64,000 bases of DNA, taken from Harriotta raleighana. Its lineage: Eukaryota. The notes below the pieces were generated by a model. That model was not told the origin of the DNA. It ran no database searches and saw nothing but the letters and a program-made list of their open reading frames with translations. How positions within the stretch are numbered: position 1 is the first letter of the stretch; each line of letters begins with the position of its first letter. Below, in pieces: positions 39,571 to 52,808 of this stretch. The translations under genes and the position numbers were made by a program. The DNA lies in contig JBNZDD010013721.1 in assembly GCA_050575255.1 (NCBI GenBank), positions 8,722,055-8,786,054 of the forward strand, in the 5' to 3' direction.

Positions 39571-42500
39571 TTTCTTTTATGTTATGCTAGTTTATTGTTC
39601 CTGTCTAGAAACATATCTGTCAATTCTTATGTGAATTGAATCTTCATTTGAATGTAATCAAAACTGCCTAACTAACTCCCTGTCACCAGGGATGCAGCAG
39701 TATTTGGCACTTTGTTTACAAGAATTTACAAGCATCAACTAGGTATTATTGAAACTTTGGATTACTTGTATGGAAGATACTGTTTCAAACACAAAAAGCT
39801 GTTTTTAAAACAGCTCATTTGCATGTATGAATTGCCCAGGCAACAATAATGTATTCAGTACATAACTGTGTACACTGCAGACCACAGCAATTTGTCAATA
39901 TTTGCATTTGTAAATTGGATTAAAGTTATTGGAACAATTTATATACACTCACTGCTAGAATAATACATAATCTTCATAATTTCATGGATATAAATGTAAT
40001 TGGCATGAAAATCTTCATCATTGTGCAACTCTTCTTCATTATCTTTGCCTCTACAATGTGCATATTTTTACATTTACAAGATTCATACTTTTGATCTACA
40101 GGGTTTAAAGAAAAGGATGGTGTGACTAGTCTTTTTCTTCTAACCATGTATTTAAATGTATTACAATAACCAGCAACTTTGGTTTCTATCAAGAATGTTA
40201 ATTAATTGAACTGCATCAGCTTCTGAATTCTAATTGTACAATTAGCTTTAATTTGTTTGTCTTAAGAATTTCAGCTCTCCCCCGCCCCCCCGTCCCTTTC
40301 CACTTGTTACTGTTGAGTTTCTCTCTTCCCCACCCTCTGTTTTGTTTATTCTCTCTAGGTGTTTAGTTCTCCCTTCCCAGTTTTGTCCAGGGAAAACTAT
40401 CTGGTCTCTCTCAATGCTGCTGCAAAAACAGCTGCCAGAAGCATTTAGTGTCTGTTCTTTTCTTGGCCGTTTCCTCTTCCTTCAACTGAAAAGGTGCCAA
40501 GATTCCACTCGTTACATCCTCCAGAGCAGCTATGACCAAAATATTACCATATCAGAATTCATGGGTGTGAACCGATCCCATGTAACCCTGTGACAACGCA
40601 TGTCGTGTAGGTCCCATAGGAATAAGGGTCTTGATTTGAGTTTGAAAGTAAAGAAAACTGACTGACTGCAAATCTAAAGCTTAACTCTGCTTTTTTAAAA
40701 CTTTTTTTTATTCAAATAGAATGATTGCAGCAATGTTAATCTCTCCATTTTGCATTATTTCAGGTTAACATTGAAAACTGCGCAGGTACGTTATACGTTA
40801 ACTGGTCAGTCTCAGATGATTAAGAAGTGGTTGTATGTTTCAATTAACAAACCTGTGCTTGTGAGTGTGTGTGTGTGTTTTAAATATTTAAACAGTGTTA
40901 TGTTTTAACTCAGAATCCCTGCATTAATTTGATATCTGGTCCCAGGTGTAATCTTTCCCCGCTTGAAATGAGGTGCTTTGGGAATTGTCCACCTGGTCAG
41001 TTTCTGCATACAAGTGTTTGTGTCATCTTGATACATATCATCCTCTGTTAAATTGACATTAAATTGGATGTGTCTTCCTCATCAACTTCTGGAACACAAG
41101 ATATTCAAATTCCGTCTCAAGATCCTCCTCTTTAACGGTGTCATCGGTCATCCCTTTCCCCTCCCTCCCTTCCTTCCACCCTCCCCGATCCTGACCCCAG
41201 CTGCGGTCTGAAACACTGACTGTCCAGCGCCTTGGGACGTCTTCCTGACGTGAAAAGCTCTATACAAATGCAATTATGTTGTTGTTGTTACAAGCCAAGG
41301 GAATCACTATCTTTTGTGGGACATTTCTCACTGTCAATACTCGGCTCCAACTTTGCTTGCTGAACATCCAGGTTGATTTGCCTGCTCGTTGCTCATTTTC
41401 CTTCCCTTGGATTGCCTCCCTGGCTCAGTGCTCAGCTCGCTTTCTCAGCTTGTCTCTTTGCCTCAGAGCTCAATTCGCCCGAGGTTCAGCGCTCAGCCCA
41501 CCATCCACGCTTAAATTAATGAAATCGGGAGAAATTATATTCTGAAATAGTATTTTATTCACCAATGGACACATTGTGGTCATGTGCACATGCGTCACTT
41601 CTTGAGCTCTATTTATTCTTGAGAATTATTTATTCTAATGATGAAAGGGCTGTTCATCAGGTAAAGATAACCCCAGATTTACTGTAGATCCAATGATTAA
41701 AAAAGCAAAATCTGTACTTTTTTTGGAAGAGAAATGGTACAATCCAGTAAGAGCTCTTGGAAAGTCTTCTCTTTGCTTGTCTCCATGTGAGTGTAGGAGA
41801 AAATTCACCTTGCATTCACACAGCACATTGTATGTGTTCATTTCTGTATGCAATTTGGCTGCCACGATTCACCCACAAATATAGTCAATTTTCCTCCTCT
41901 CCTTCCCCCCAACACAATCCCTCCCCGCCCCTGCTCTGGTCCCTACCTCTTTTCCTCCCCTTTCTTCCCTCTTTTCTTCTCCCTACCCCGACCCCTCCCC
42001 CCCCCCGGTCTGGTCCCTACTCTGGGACGATGTTGTATTCTGTGAAGTCGATAAAAAGTGGAAAGTGCTACATAAATGTAAGGATTACTATTATTCTAAA
42101 TTATTATTGGGTGGGTGTTGTTGGGCATATCTATGCCCCCCACCTCCTTCCCCAAATTGCGGTCTTGTATTCACATCAATGAATGACTGCTAATTTTAAA
42201 TAGCACTAACCCAGTCAAATGACGCAAACTACGTCCGAAAAGAAAGGGTTCATTGCCCTTTTCTCAATACAATTAGGAGCCAGTGCTAATTTCAAAAGTA
42301 TCAAAGCAAGGTTGCCTATCTTGGCAATGGAATATTGTACGAAGCAGAAAGACCAAGAATGTGCAGAACTTTAAATATGTGGGGATTAAAATGTGAATCT
42401 GATCATACAGTAATTTGTATAACTTTTATGCCCCATGCCAATTTTAAATGGTAATATGCAAATCCTTTTCAAAATGGTGTTCTACATAAAAAAACACCGT

Positions 42501-44279
42501 AAATTGCCACAATAATTTTGTTTGTATCATTGCAGAAGAGAAGGATTTATGTCCTTTTACGAAGATGATGCAGACTTTGTCCTTATACCAAATCATCTTC
42601 AAATGGATTTTAGGGGAAAGCATTGTTCATAAAATGATTTGAAACCAGAAAAAGATACATTTCTTATTTCAATGGAAAATCATTAATTTGTTGGAATAAT
42701 TTTATGACAACTACTGTATCTCAATTTAAATAATGAATCCAGGGATTGACTAGAAGAAGGAAATGCCTTTTTTGTTACTTACCAACTTTAGAACCGAACT
42801 ACAATAGTTCTAAAGTGTATCCTATTTGTTTTCTCTTTGAAATCTTACCTCGATTTAATTTTATGGATGCTTCATGTTGACTTGTACATATTAATTATTT
42901 TGTACCTTTTGGTAACCCAAAACTACTTGGTAACTAATGTTGGTCATTTATGGTAATCTTTTCACAATTGGTTGCAGGAACCAATAAAAGTTGCAGCTGT
43001 ATTTTTCAAACACATCTTGGTCAATTATTCGTAAATGCATGTTAGCTTATTTGAACTAATGGCCAACATTTCCATCCATACACGCTTTAAAGTTAGCACA
43101 AAACATTGTCAGGTATATTCGGATCCTTCATTGAAATACACTTATGCGTGATGTACTATACTTCAGTTGCGTAGACTTGGCATTAAGTTTCAAAAGTACA
43201 CTGAATAGTAATTCTTGAATGTGTATATTGGTGTAACCTTGGTGTGCTTGCTGTCGCTTTGTATTAGGTTGCCATGAATGTGGTTCCTTGTTTCAGTTGA
43301 GGGTGAAGCTTATCCAGGCTAAAAAAAATTGTGCTCAGTATTAAAAGTGTGGTGTGGTGGTAAATCTAAACTACCCTCAGCCAATGTGTTGTTGTACATG
43401 CTTTAACTACTCACTACCCAATACTGTATTCTATTATTTTGCCTCACTCTACAATCCCATGATATCTGACCTTTAGCCACCGAGCAATCTAATTTCCATC
43501 CATTTATTAATAGGAGCCATTTGTTTCCGAAGGGATGTGACAGTGGTGGTTTAGACCTAATGATAGTTGGGCAATATTTTCCAGCTCGTGCATTTTTACT
43601 TCTCTTCAACCTGGCCTTCGGGCACCCTCCTGTACACACCCTGCCCCTCCCAACCTTCCCTAATCCTGACCGCACACCCCTCCTCCGCCCCGTCTCCGTC
43701 CCCGCCAAGCTCAGGTCCAAATCCCCCGACCATCCCGAGCCTTGGAGGACGTTCCCCCCCCCCCGACATCAAAGGGGCCCTGTGCCAAACACCATCGTCA
43801 GCTTGTGTGTTGCGTTCCATCATCCCAACCAGGTAGGGAATGGTGACCAATTGATCCGATGGGAAATCTTATTCCAACCCCAATTTTTTAAAAAAATTTA
43901 AATCGATAATGAATGAATCAATTATTTTTTGGGGGGAGAAAAAAAGGGTTCCAGGTCGCGGCCCGACAGTAGTCGAAGCTCCTCGGGATAGTCTGGAAGG
44001 GCCACCATTTTCCTTGTTCAAAAATATGCTGGAGCCTGAGTGATGGTGATGGGCAGAGATGAGAGAGGGTGGGGGGTGGGTGGGGGAGATGGGGGAATAG
44101 AACCAGGATACAGTTACACACACTCACAACCAACCACCCTTGCCTCCTCTCTCATAAAGTAGTGCCGGGCCAGTGGTTGAGAGGAGGAGGTGGGGGGGGG
44201 GGGCTGGGGAGGGGGCGCATGGATATCCCAACTGCTGAATCAGGTGGTATGTACATGTGTGTGCTTAGGTCTGTGTCTG

Positions 44280-46451
44280 TACGCCCAGCAGATGGAGGCG
44301 CCAGATGCCCTAGTCCGCACCTGCGCAGTGCGGTACAATAACCCCACTCCCTCCCTTCCTGGCTGGTCGCGGGAGTGAGGTGACACAGAGCGCCCCCTAT
44401 TGGGGGAGGAAAGGGGAGGGTGGGGCCGACAGCCTCGTTTTCACAGTCCTATTTCTCCCCCCCCCCCCTCCTCCTCCCTCCCTCCCTCCTCCTCACTCCC
44501 TCCACTCCCTCCACTCCCTGATTCTCGCGAGAATTACAGCAAAAAAAAGGAGGGGAGGGAGGGAGGAGGGAGAAAGAAAATAGGATGAAGGAGGAAAAGG
44601 AAGGGAAAGAGAAAGGGGAGGAGTGAGTGAGTGAGTGAGTGGAGGCAGCAGCTTATGTAACCTCAACTGACTGTCCACATTGTTCTCTCTCCCCCCACAC
44701 CCCCCCCCCCCCAACAACAACAAAAGGAGAATCATGACCTACAGTGGTTTGGGTCTCTAATCTCTCTTTTTTTTGTGGAGGGGAGGGGGCACTTGGTAAA
44801 AGAATAGTTCATTACCAAGAGTGTTGTGTGTGTGTGTGGGGGGGGGGGGGGTAGAAAGGGGGATTAACTCTTCTCTTCCCCCCATCACTAATTTATCCCT
44901 ATTCCACCCCCCACCACAACCAACCAACCTCATAAGTCACCCAAGACTCTATTGGATAATAAATTGTCGTGTGTCTCCCCTCACCCTTCCTTCCCCCCCC
45001 CCACCCCTCCTCTCCAACGTGTGATTCCCCCACCAACCCCCTTTCCTCCCTCTCCAACCCCCCCTAAATCACTAGAGACTTTATTGGACAATAGTCCATC
45101 CTCCATATCCTCATCCATCCCTCCTTTCCTTCCTCTCCATACCTCCCCCTCCCCGCCAACCCTCTGCCTCCCTCCACCCCCGCCTTTCCCTCCCCCCCAC
45201 ACACACACACACACCAACCCCCAAGTCACCACAGAGACTCTCTATTGGACAATAAATAGTCGTTCCCCCCCCCACCTTCCCCTCCACTCTCCCTCCCTCC
45301 ACCTCCCTCCTGTATGCAAAGTAGCCTTTACATCACTTCCGTTCTTTCTCGGACGCCATTTTGGCCCAGGGAGAGGAAGGTCTTTCTCCGTGAATTATTG
45401 TCCCGAAAGAAATTGGGATTCTTTTTTCTCTCTCTTTTTTTTTCCCTTCCTCTCCCCTTCCCTCCCCTCCCCCTTTTTTTTCCTTTTCTTTCTCTCTCTC
45501 CTTCCCAACCCCCACCTCAACCCCCCACCCCCCCACACACACCCCACCAACCTCCCCCCCCTCCCTCCACCATCACTACCAAACCAACCACCTTTTTTTC
45601 TCTCTCTTTCCCGCCCCCCCCCCACCCTCCTCCTCCTCTCCTTGCCTCCTTGGGAAAGGAAAAAAAAGTTTTCGGTTTCTATCTCTTCCTCTCCATCCCA
45701 TCCACCCTCTTTTTTTAAAAAAAAGTTGGGTCTCTGGGGGTTTTTTTCTCTCTTCTCTTCCCCCCCCCCCCCTTCCCTACCCCGGCTTGTTTTTTTTCAA
45801 AGCGGCGCGGCTTTTTTTTCTCTCTTTCCACACACACCCACCCATCCATTTCCCCCCCTCCTTCCCTTCTCTTCCCTCTCCTTCCCCCCCCCCACCACCA
45901 CCACCTCCCTCCCCCCCTTCCTCACACACACATATCTTCCTCTCTTCGCTCCCTCTCTCTCTCTCTTTTTTGGGGTGTTTTTGAGTGGTGCGGGGGGTGG
46001 GGGTTCGGGTGTGTGTGTGTGTGTTGGGAGGGAGTGAGTGAGTGAGTGAGGTGGAAAAAAAAACACACAGCTCCCTCTTTCAGTGAACGCTGGAAGCAGC
46101 AACCGGGGCCGCCGCTCCTTCCTCTCCCGGCTCGGCACGACACCCGGGGAGTGTTGATGTGAGGAGAAAAAGAGAGAGAGAAAAAGCAGCGGCGGCAGGA
46201 GGAGGAGAAGGCCCTTTGTTTGTGTCTGTCTGGCCAGCGCGCCCTCTCCTCTCTTCTCTGCCGGCTCTCGCGTTTTTCAACTGAACAATTAAAAATAACC
46301 AACCCCCCCCCCACCTCCCAACCCCCCCTTCTTCTCCTCCTCCTCCTCCTCCTTCCTCCCTTATTACCCACCCACCTACCTTCTCTCTTCTTTCTCCACC
46401 ACCACCTCTTCTTCCTCCTCCTCCTCCAACCCCTCAAAAAAAGCAGCCAAG
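44280..46451 (+). promoter_or_regulatory. ADNP promoter and non-coding first exon
   Basis: C/T-rich strand with CpG clusters, palindrome TCTCGCGAGA at 44523-44532, CTCF-like GCGCCCCCTATTGG at 44390-44403, three ATTGG modules, donor CAAG|gtgaga at 46452. Confidence 0.6.
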
Positions 46452-49400
46452 GTGAGACATTTTTTGTGTGTGTGTGTGTTAACGACCTATGCGAGACCCG
46501 GTTTAACATCCGAACAAGCGTTGGATCTGTATCTAATGTTTTTTTTAAATTGTGGCTAGGGGAAGAGAGAAAGAAGCAATGTGCATGCAAGTAGTGCTCT
46601 TTATCCTTCTAATGAGTTTGTCCCTGCTTATTTATTAATTTTGCCTGCTTATTATTTTATTCCGGGGGGAGGGGGGGGAGGGAAGGAGAGGAAACGTGCA
46701 TGCTCCATATATTTCCTTGCCTGAGATGTGTATGTGTTTGAAGCAGCGATTGATTTTTCACAGGATTTATTTTTTCAGTCCTCCAGAATGTTTGAATGTG
46801 TTCACGTCTCTCTCTTTTGAAAGAATACACTGGGACGTATGTTAATTTGACGAAAGCCTGCACGATTTTAGGTTCAAGGATGAGTGAGTTGTACGACCCT
46901 CGAATGTGCTGTTAAATTTGCAGTTGAAGCTGGGTATTATTGTAAGATAGGCGCGGGTTGTTTAGATATTACTATAATTTACTATGTATCGATTGGATGC
47001 AGATGCGATAGGACTAGTCACCCAATCGATGTTCGTGTTGCCTTTCTTAAATACAAATTTACGATATTTCCTAATATTGTGCCCCGAACTACATCGTGAC
47101 ATATTTGAAAGGTATTTTTGTGGAGTGGGGCAGCTTGGATTCCCCGCTTAATGAATAGTTTGAAGTGGGGGGGGGGGGGTGGCATTTTTGCAGTCGTCGC
47201 TATTTGGAATGATTAAAATGTAAAAATATTAATGTCATCGGTGATTCTATGTGGCATCAGTGGTGAATCCGATCGAACATTTGTTTACACATCTGCTCAA
47301 TACCTTTTTCCAGTGCTCTTATGGTCTTTAGACACCATGCTCGACCAATCCAGACAGCAAGAAACGCCCTAGACAGAAGACGGGTGGATGGAAACTGATT
47401 TTAATTTATTTGTTAATTTACATAGAGGGATTCACGTGAGTTGATGCGGTGACAATTGCAGTTATAATGTCGAGCTGGTCATTATTAAGGGTTGCAGGAG
47501 TGGAAAGAGCGTGTTAAATGTGCACCTCCAGACCGGTTGCCCGGCTGTGACGTTGCTGTAAAATGGCGCGATTGCTGTTCCACTGCAGACATGAATAGGT
47601 TTGGGATTCCCAAAGCTAATGTAATTGTTTGCAAATTAATAAGTTAAAAGTAACGTGAAGCACGTGTTCTATTAAAGAAAACGCAGCGGAACTCAGCCGC
47701 AAAATGGACCCATTGCGTTCCAAACCCATAAGAGTCGAAAATGCCACTGGAAATCTTACCTAACATATATATTTTTGCGTCCAGAGAAGTGTTTTGGTTT
47801 ATTTTCTTGGACGGGGCATTGTGAGAAATGGTGCTGGTTTTTTTGTGGTATGTTTAGAGTTTGCCAAGAGATCGTGCACCGTTTCTGCCACGAGAGGATA
47901 ATTGCCCAACGTTTTCTGCCCTGGTTGCCTGAACAGCGGCCCCCACCCAAACTAGTGCAGCCATGCAGAGAGTCAAAATCGATAATCGTGCAGCAGGAGG
48001 CGCTCTTCAGAGACTGGATTTGAGACTTCAAATGCAGCATAAAAAACATTTTTGTTAAAGAAGTGCCTCATTATAAAATACTGAAGCTCCCCGTACAGCG
48101 CCACCTATAGTTAAATGCTTATTACTTTAAAACTAAAAACCTATAGTATGACATAATTTTGTGCCATGTAAATAAGTTGATTGTAACCCACCCATTTATC
48201 CTATGGAAGACATTTTGGCAGCACTTTACTAACATGCAATACTATATCACTTCTGAATGAATTATAAACCAGACCCATTTAGTGATGAACTGCACTGTAA
48301 GCGAAAGAACAACGACAACAACTTGGATTTATATAGCCCTCTCATTTTGTAAAGCTTAACTTATGCCTTGGGCAGGGAAGTTTCTAGTCAAAGTTAGACA
48401 TATGTCAATTATGACATGAAGGCAAAGTATAATGCTCTGAATTATTGGATATTTGCAAAGATGTTTGTGAGCATCTCAGAGGTAGGTTAGAGTACTGTTA
48501 TAATAGACAAATTCCAGTTCTTCATCATAAGCACTGTCAAATCTCATTATAATTAACATTGTTATCCATACATCATCCCTGGCTTTTCAACTGTATAGTT
48601 ATCCTAACTTGACGGGTGCATCATTCCGACATGAAGGGTGCTATTGAGGTGTAATTGTTATTTTTGCACACATCAATGCCTTGATCAAACTGATAGTCCT
48701 ATGAAAAGATTCTTGTTTTCCTGGAAATTAATGTGTCGGATCTGATGGCCACACATTTGCAAACTTTAGAATTTAATTTGTTACATAACCCATAATCGTG
48801 TATTTAGAAAATACACGGATATTTGAATTTTAAAGAAATGTGCATTGTACATCTATTATCAGTCACATTTAATGCCTTGACTTAGATTAACATAGAATTT
48901 AAGTAACACAACATCACATCTTGTGATTCCATGGATTGCAAGTGATACTCCCATCCAACTTTTTTCATTTAAAACTACATGTTGAAGAGTTTCACTTATT
49001 TAATTTGCTTCAAAGTCTTTATTGCCCTGCTGTTTGAACGATGGTGTGAGGATTAAGGAGTGGAGTATGGGAGTGGTGTGTATCATGCGTAGATTGTACT
49101 GCAGTTCAGTTAGTCACCTGCTTCCAAAAACTGAAGTTCTGATGTTTTCAGTTCAAAACACGGTTCCTTTGTAGGCAATCATTTATTTTCCCCTACACTT
49201 CCTTCCTGCATGAATACACCGTTTTGGAATACATTATGTATGTTGTATAATCCATGGGATTACAGTAATACCTTGAAATACTCTTTAATGTACATAAAAG
49301 TATTCAATCTAAAGGCTACCTTGAATCAAATTGTGAAACTTTGTTGTAATCTGTAATAGTGTTAATGGTCATTTATTGGTTTGCTGATATAGAATTTTTA

Positions 49401-51644
49401 AAGTTTAACCTTTTTAATGTAATCTCTTAAATGTGGACTGGGGAAAGTGTTGAAATTTGAGGACGGTTTTGTGTAATGGGTAATGGTTGAATGCTGGGTT
49501 AAACAGATAGGACACCTATTTACCTGGTTCAGTTGGGAGATTTGTGGCCCGGGCACTTTGTACTTCCTGGAGAAATTTTATGCTGTTGAAGTTTAAAAAC
49601 GAAATAAAGTTGAACTCCTTTAAATAAGTGATTTAATTGTGTTCTGTAAACTCATTGTAACTAGTAGAATGTAACCATTTAGGACAGTGCAATGTAAATT
49701 ACTGGGTGTTGTATAAGGATGAAAAGTTAATGATATCTCAGCATCTATTGCTGGGCTCTTCTCCCCCTCCCCCCCCCCCCCCCCCCCAATATTGCTAGGT
49801 TGAGTAATATTAGTGCATTGTTACAAACTGAGTAGGTACAGAATAGCTATTCCTAAAGATAAGATTCATACATACTAGAATTATAGGATTATTATTTGAT
49901 ATAGAACTTGTGTTACAGCATCTCAAAGTGCTTCAGAGATTTCCTGTAAATTGTGTCAGAAACTGAATCAGTAGGCAAATGTGGCAGTCAATTTTCACAG
50001 AACAATGACACAGCCTTGAAATAAATGACCTTTTTTATCTGAGGATTGTTGGCTCGAACAACAGGAGAAACTTCCTTGCCTAATGCAGGGGTAAACCGAT
50101 AATGTTATGATTCAGGGACAACCAGTTAAGCCTGGCTAATGACATTAGTGCCTCTACTTCTGTTAAATGGCATTAGTTTGGGTCAAAAAGTTGTGGGTTG
50201 AAGCCCTACACTTGGACTTTATGCTCACTCCCAGAGAATGGATGAAAAGTGGACTAGAAAATACTCAGAAAAATGGGGAGATGCTGGCTATGAAGAGACT
50301 TATAGGTGAGGGTGAAGACCTTGAAATTGTTCAATAAGGAGTTGGGGAACCTGAATGGATTGTTTGGAATGTGGAATTCATTCTGACTATGGGCTGAATC
50401 ATTAGAAAGGAATTGGAAAAGCAAAAGATTTATAAAGCAGTGTTAATAAAGTAACTTACAAAATTACAATGGGCCTAATATCCTTTTAGAATGAAAATGT
50501 TCGTAATCGCTTGGTGTTCAATACTGCATATACAATACTGCATAATTGATTAGACAGAAGGATGTCTATCCCCCCGTTGTAGGCAGACAAGAAACTTGTG
50601 TGGGAAACATAGTATAATTTAAGATGCGTGATAGTAATCCCAACAAATGACCATGTTTATACTTGTTTATAAAATAATGAGCAGAGGTGAGCAATGGCTT
50701 CATATTTACTTCCTTTGATCATCAGATTGAAAGTGTTTGCTGTAAATACTACAGCCCTCATAGCCACACAGCAAGTTCATAAAACTAACCTTTTCCCTAA
50801 TGTAAGTAAAAAGATATATTTTTCAGGACCACTGCATATATTTTCTGTCGTAGTTGTATGTAATAATCCTTGCTTTTGTGTAATTCCTTATGTCTTAAAA
50901 GACATTTCGAAGCTCTACTCGGAATATACTATAAAGTGAATTAATTGTATATTTTGTGGGCGAAACACAGCAGCCAATTGCGCACAGCAGTGTACAACAA
51001 ACAGTGGATTAAATGACCCAATTATTCTTTTTTGGTTTATTTTGAAAGGATTATTACCCCAGGAATATATCTGTGTATTGTTAACGTGCTTCCTGTAGAT
51101 AGCCTACACTTGGGTTAAGTAGAAACAGTTTGCCAGCCTTTTCAATTATTTGACACCCAATAATTAAAAAAATGTCTCTACAATGAGTTTTGCAATTGGG
51201 AACACAAAGCATCCAGTAATGGTCATAGTATTGCCTTGTGTGTAGACTGGAAAATTCTGAGTACAGAACAACATTGCATGTTTTTGGACTGTTTTGAGTC
51301 ACTAGACATTTTGGCTCGGGACATTATCTCTGAAAATGTATTGGGGATAGTTGTATATAGTAATATAACTTAATAGTTGTATATAGTAATATAACTTAAT
51401 ACTTAACTGCTTCTATGTTGCATCTTGTGTTTATTGAAGTCAATATGGTGTAACCTAAATAATTTGTGAAGTGTAGTAGATCCATGTCTTGCTTTAATTT
51501 CTCCATAATGGATCAGAATTGCCTTTGAAATATTACAATATTGTTTGAGGTGTTATCTATGAAATTTCATAAATGATACAATTGTGATTTAATTTAACTT
51601 TGCATGGAGCACTGATTTTTATTTGGAACTTTGAAGCAAATACC

Positions 51645-52351
51645 TTACAAATCTGATAGAATTTTTCGATGACGTAACGGAATGGGTGAACAAGGGTAGC
51701 GCAGTTGATGTAATTTACATGGACTTTCAAAAGGCATTTGACAAGGTGCTGCATGAGAGGCTTATTAGGAAAGTAGAGGCATACGATGTTAAAGGGACAA
51801 TGACAGCATGGATCCACAACTGGCTGCGAGACAGAAAGCAGAGAGTTGTGGTGAGCGGCTGTTTTTCAGACTGGAGAGAAGTGTGCAGTGGAGTCCCCAA
51901 GGGATTGGTTTGGGAGATTGAGGGACTTTAGTTATGAGGAATGGCTAGATAGGCTAGGTTTATTCTCTTTGGAACAGAGAAGTTTGAGAGTAGATCTAAT
52001 AGAAGTTTATAAAATCCTGAGGGGATTCGACAGGGTGAATAAGGAAAAACTGTTTCCACTTGTGGGGGTATCTGTAACTCGTAGTTAATTTCAAAACGAA
52101 GCAGAGGAGCTGAGGAAAAATATTTTTCACTCGGGGTTGTTCAAATCTGGAATGCATTGCCTGAAAAGGTGGTGGAGGCTGATTCGATAACGGCTTTTAA
52201 AAGAGAATTAGATCTTTATTTAGGGAGAACAGGTCTGTTAGAATATGGGGAGAAAGCTGGGCAGTGGGATTGAGTTGTTCTTTTCAAAGAGCTGTCACAG
52301 ACTAGATGTGCCGAATGGCCTCCTTCTGTGCTGTAAAATTCTATAATTCTA
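51645..52351 (+). mobile_element. CR1 LINE, 5'-truncated and internally deleted
   Basis: AVDVIYMDFQKAFDKV...WLRDRKQRVVV...SGVP, then YEEWLDRLGLFSLEQRSLRVDLIEVYKILRG, WNALP, and 3' end ccgaatggcctccttctgtgctgtaaaattctataattcta. Confidence 0.9.
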
Positions 52352-52761
52352 ATATTCATCCACAAATAAACAGTCAATTTTTCCTACTTTCCTTCCCCCG
52401 ACCCCTTTCCCGTCTCCCCCACCACCTGCTCTGATCCCGACTTGACTGTTCAGCGCCTTGGGACGTCCTCCGACATGAAAGGCGCTATATAAATATAATT
52501 TTGATTGATTTGATTGAATATCTGATGAGTGGCATTCATAGTTGTGCTTCCAATTTTTATTAATTAGCTTTGTCAAGTTAAAAGCAAACAATAATTTTGT
52601 CAAATTGTCATCTCAAAGGCTAGACATTGAACTCATGCATCCATTTCTTTGGTAGAAACTTCAAAACTGGTGTACTTTATTAATTTTAGTTAATTTTTAA
52701 ACTATGTTCACCATACTATTCTGAAATATGTAAATTTGTTCATTTACTGTCTTTCCTACAG

Positions 52762-52808
52762 AAATCTCCATATCAGCAAACATTGTATCTAGGGAGGGAA
52801 AAGTGCAG
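52762..52808 (+). other. Probable ADNP 5' UTR exon
   Basis: Acceptor tctttcctacag| and donor CAG|gtaaga flank 47 nt with no ATG. Confidence 0.5.

Noticed and set aside
40764-40785. 22-nt segment flanked by ttttcag and gtacgt between DPM1 and ADNP
   Set aside because: Isolated splice-like signals with no partner exons or coding signal; could be chance
44952-46594. Long Pro/Phe/Gly-rich ORFs (361 aa, 222 aa and others)
   Set aside because: Translations of C/T low-complexity promoter DNA that lacks stop codons; no domain features
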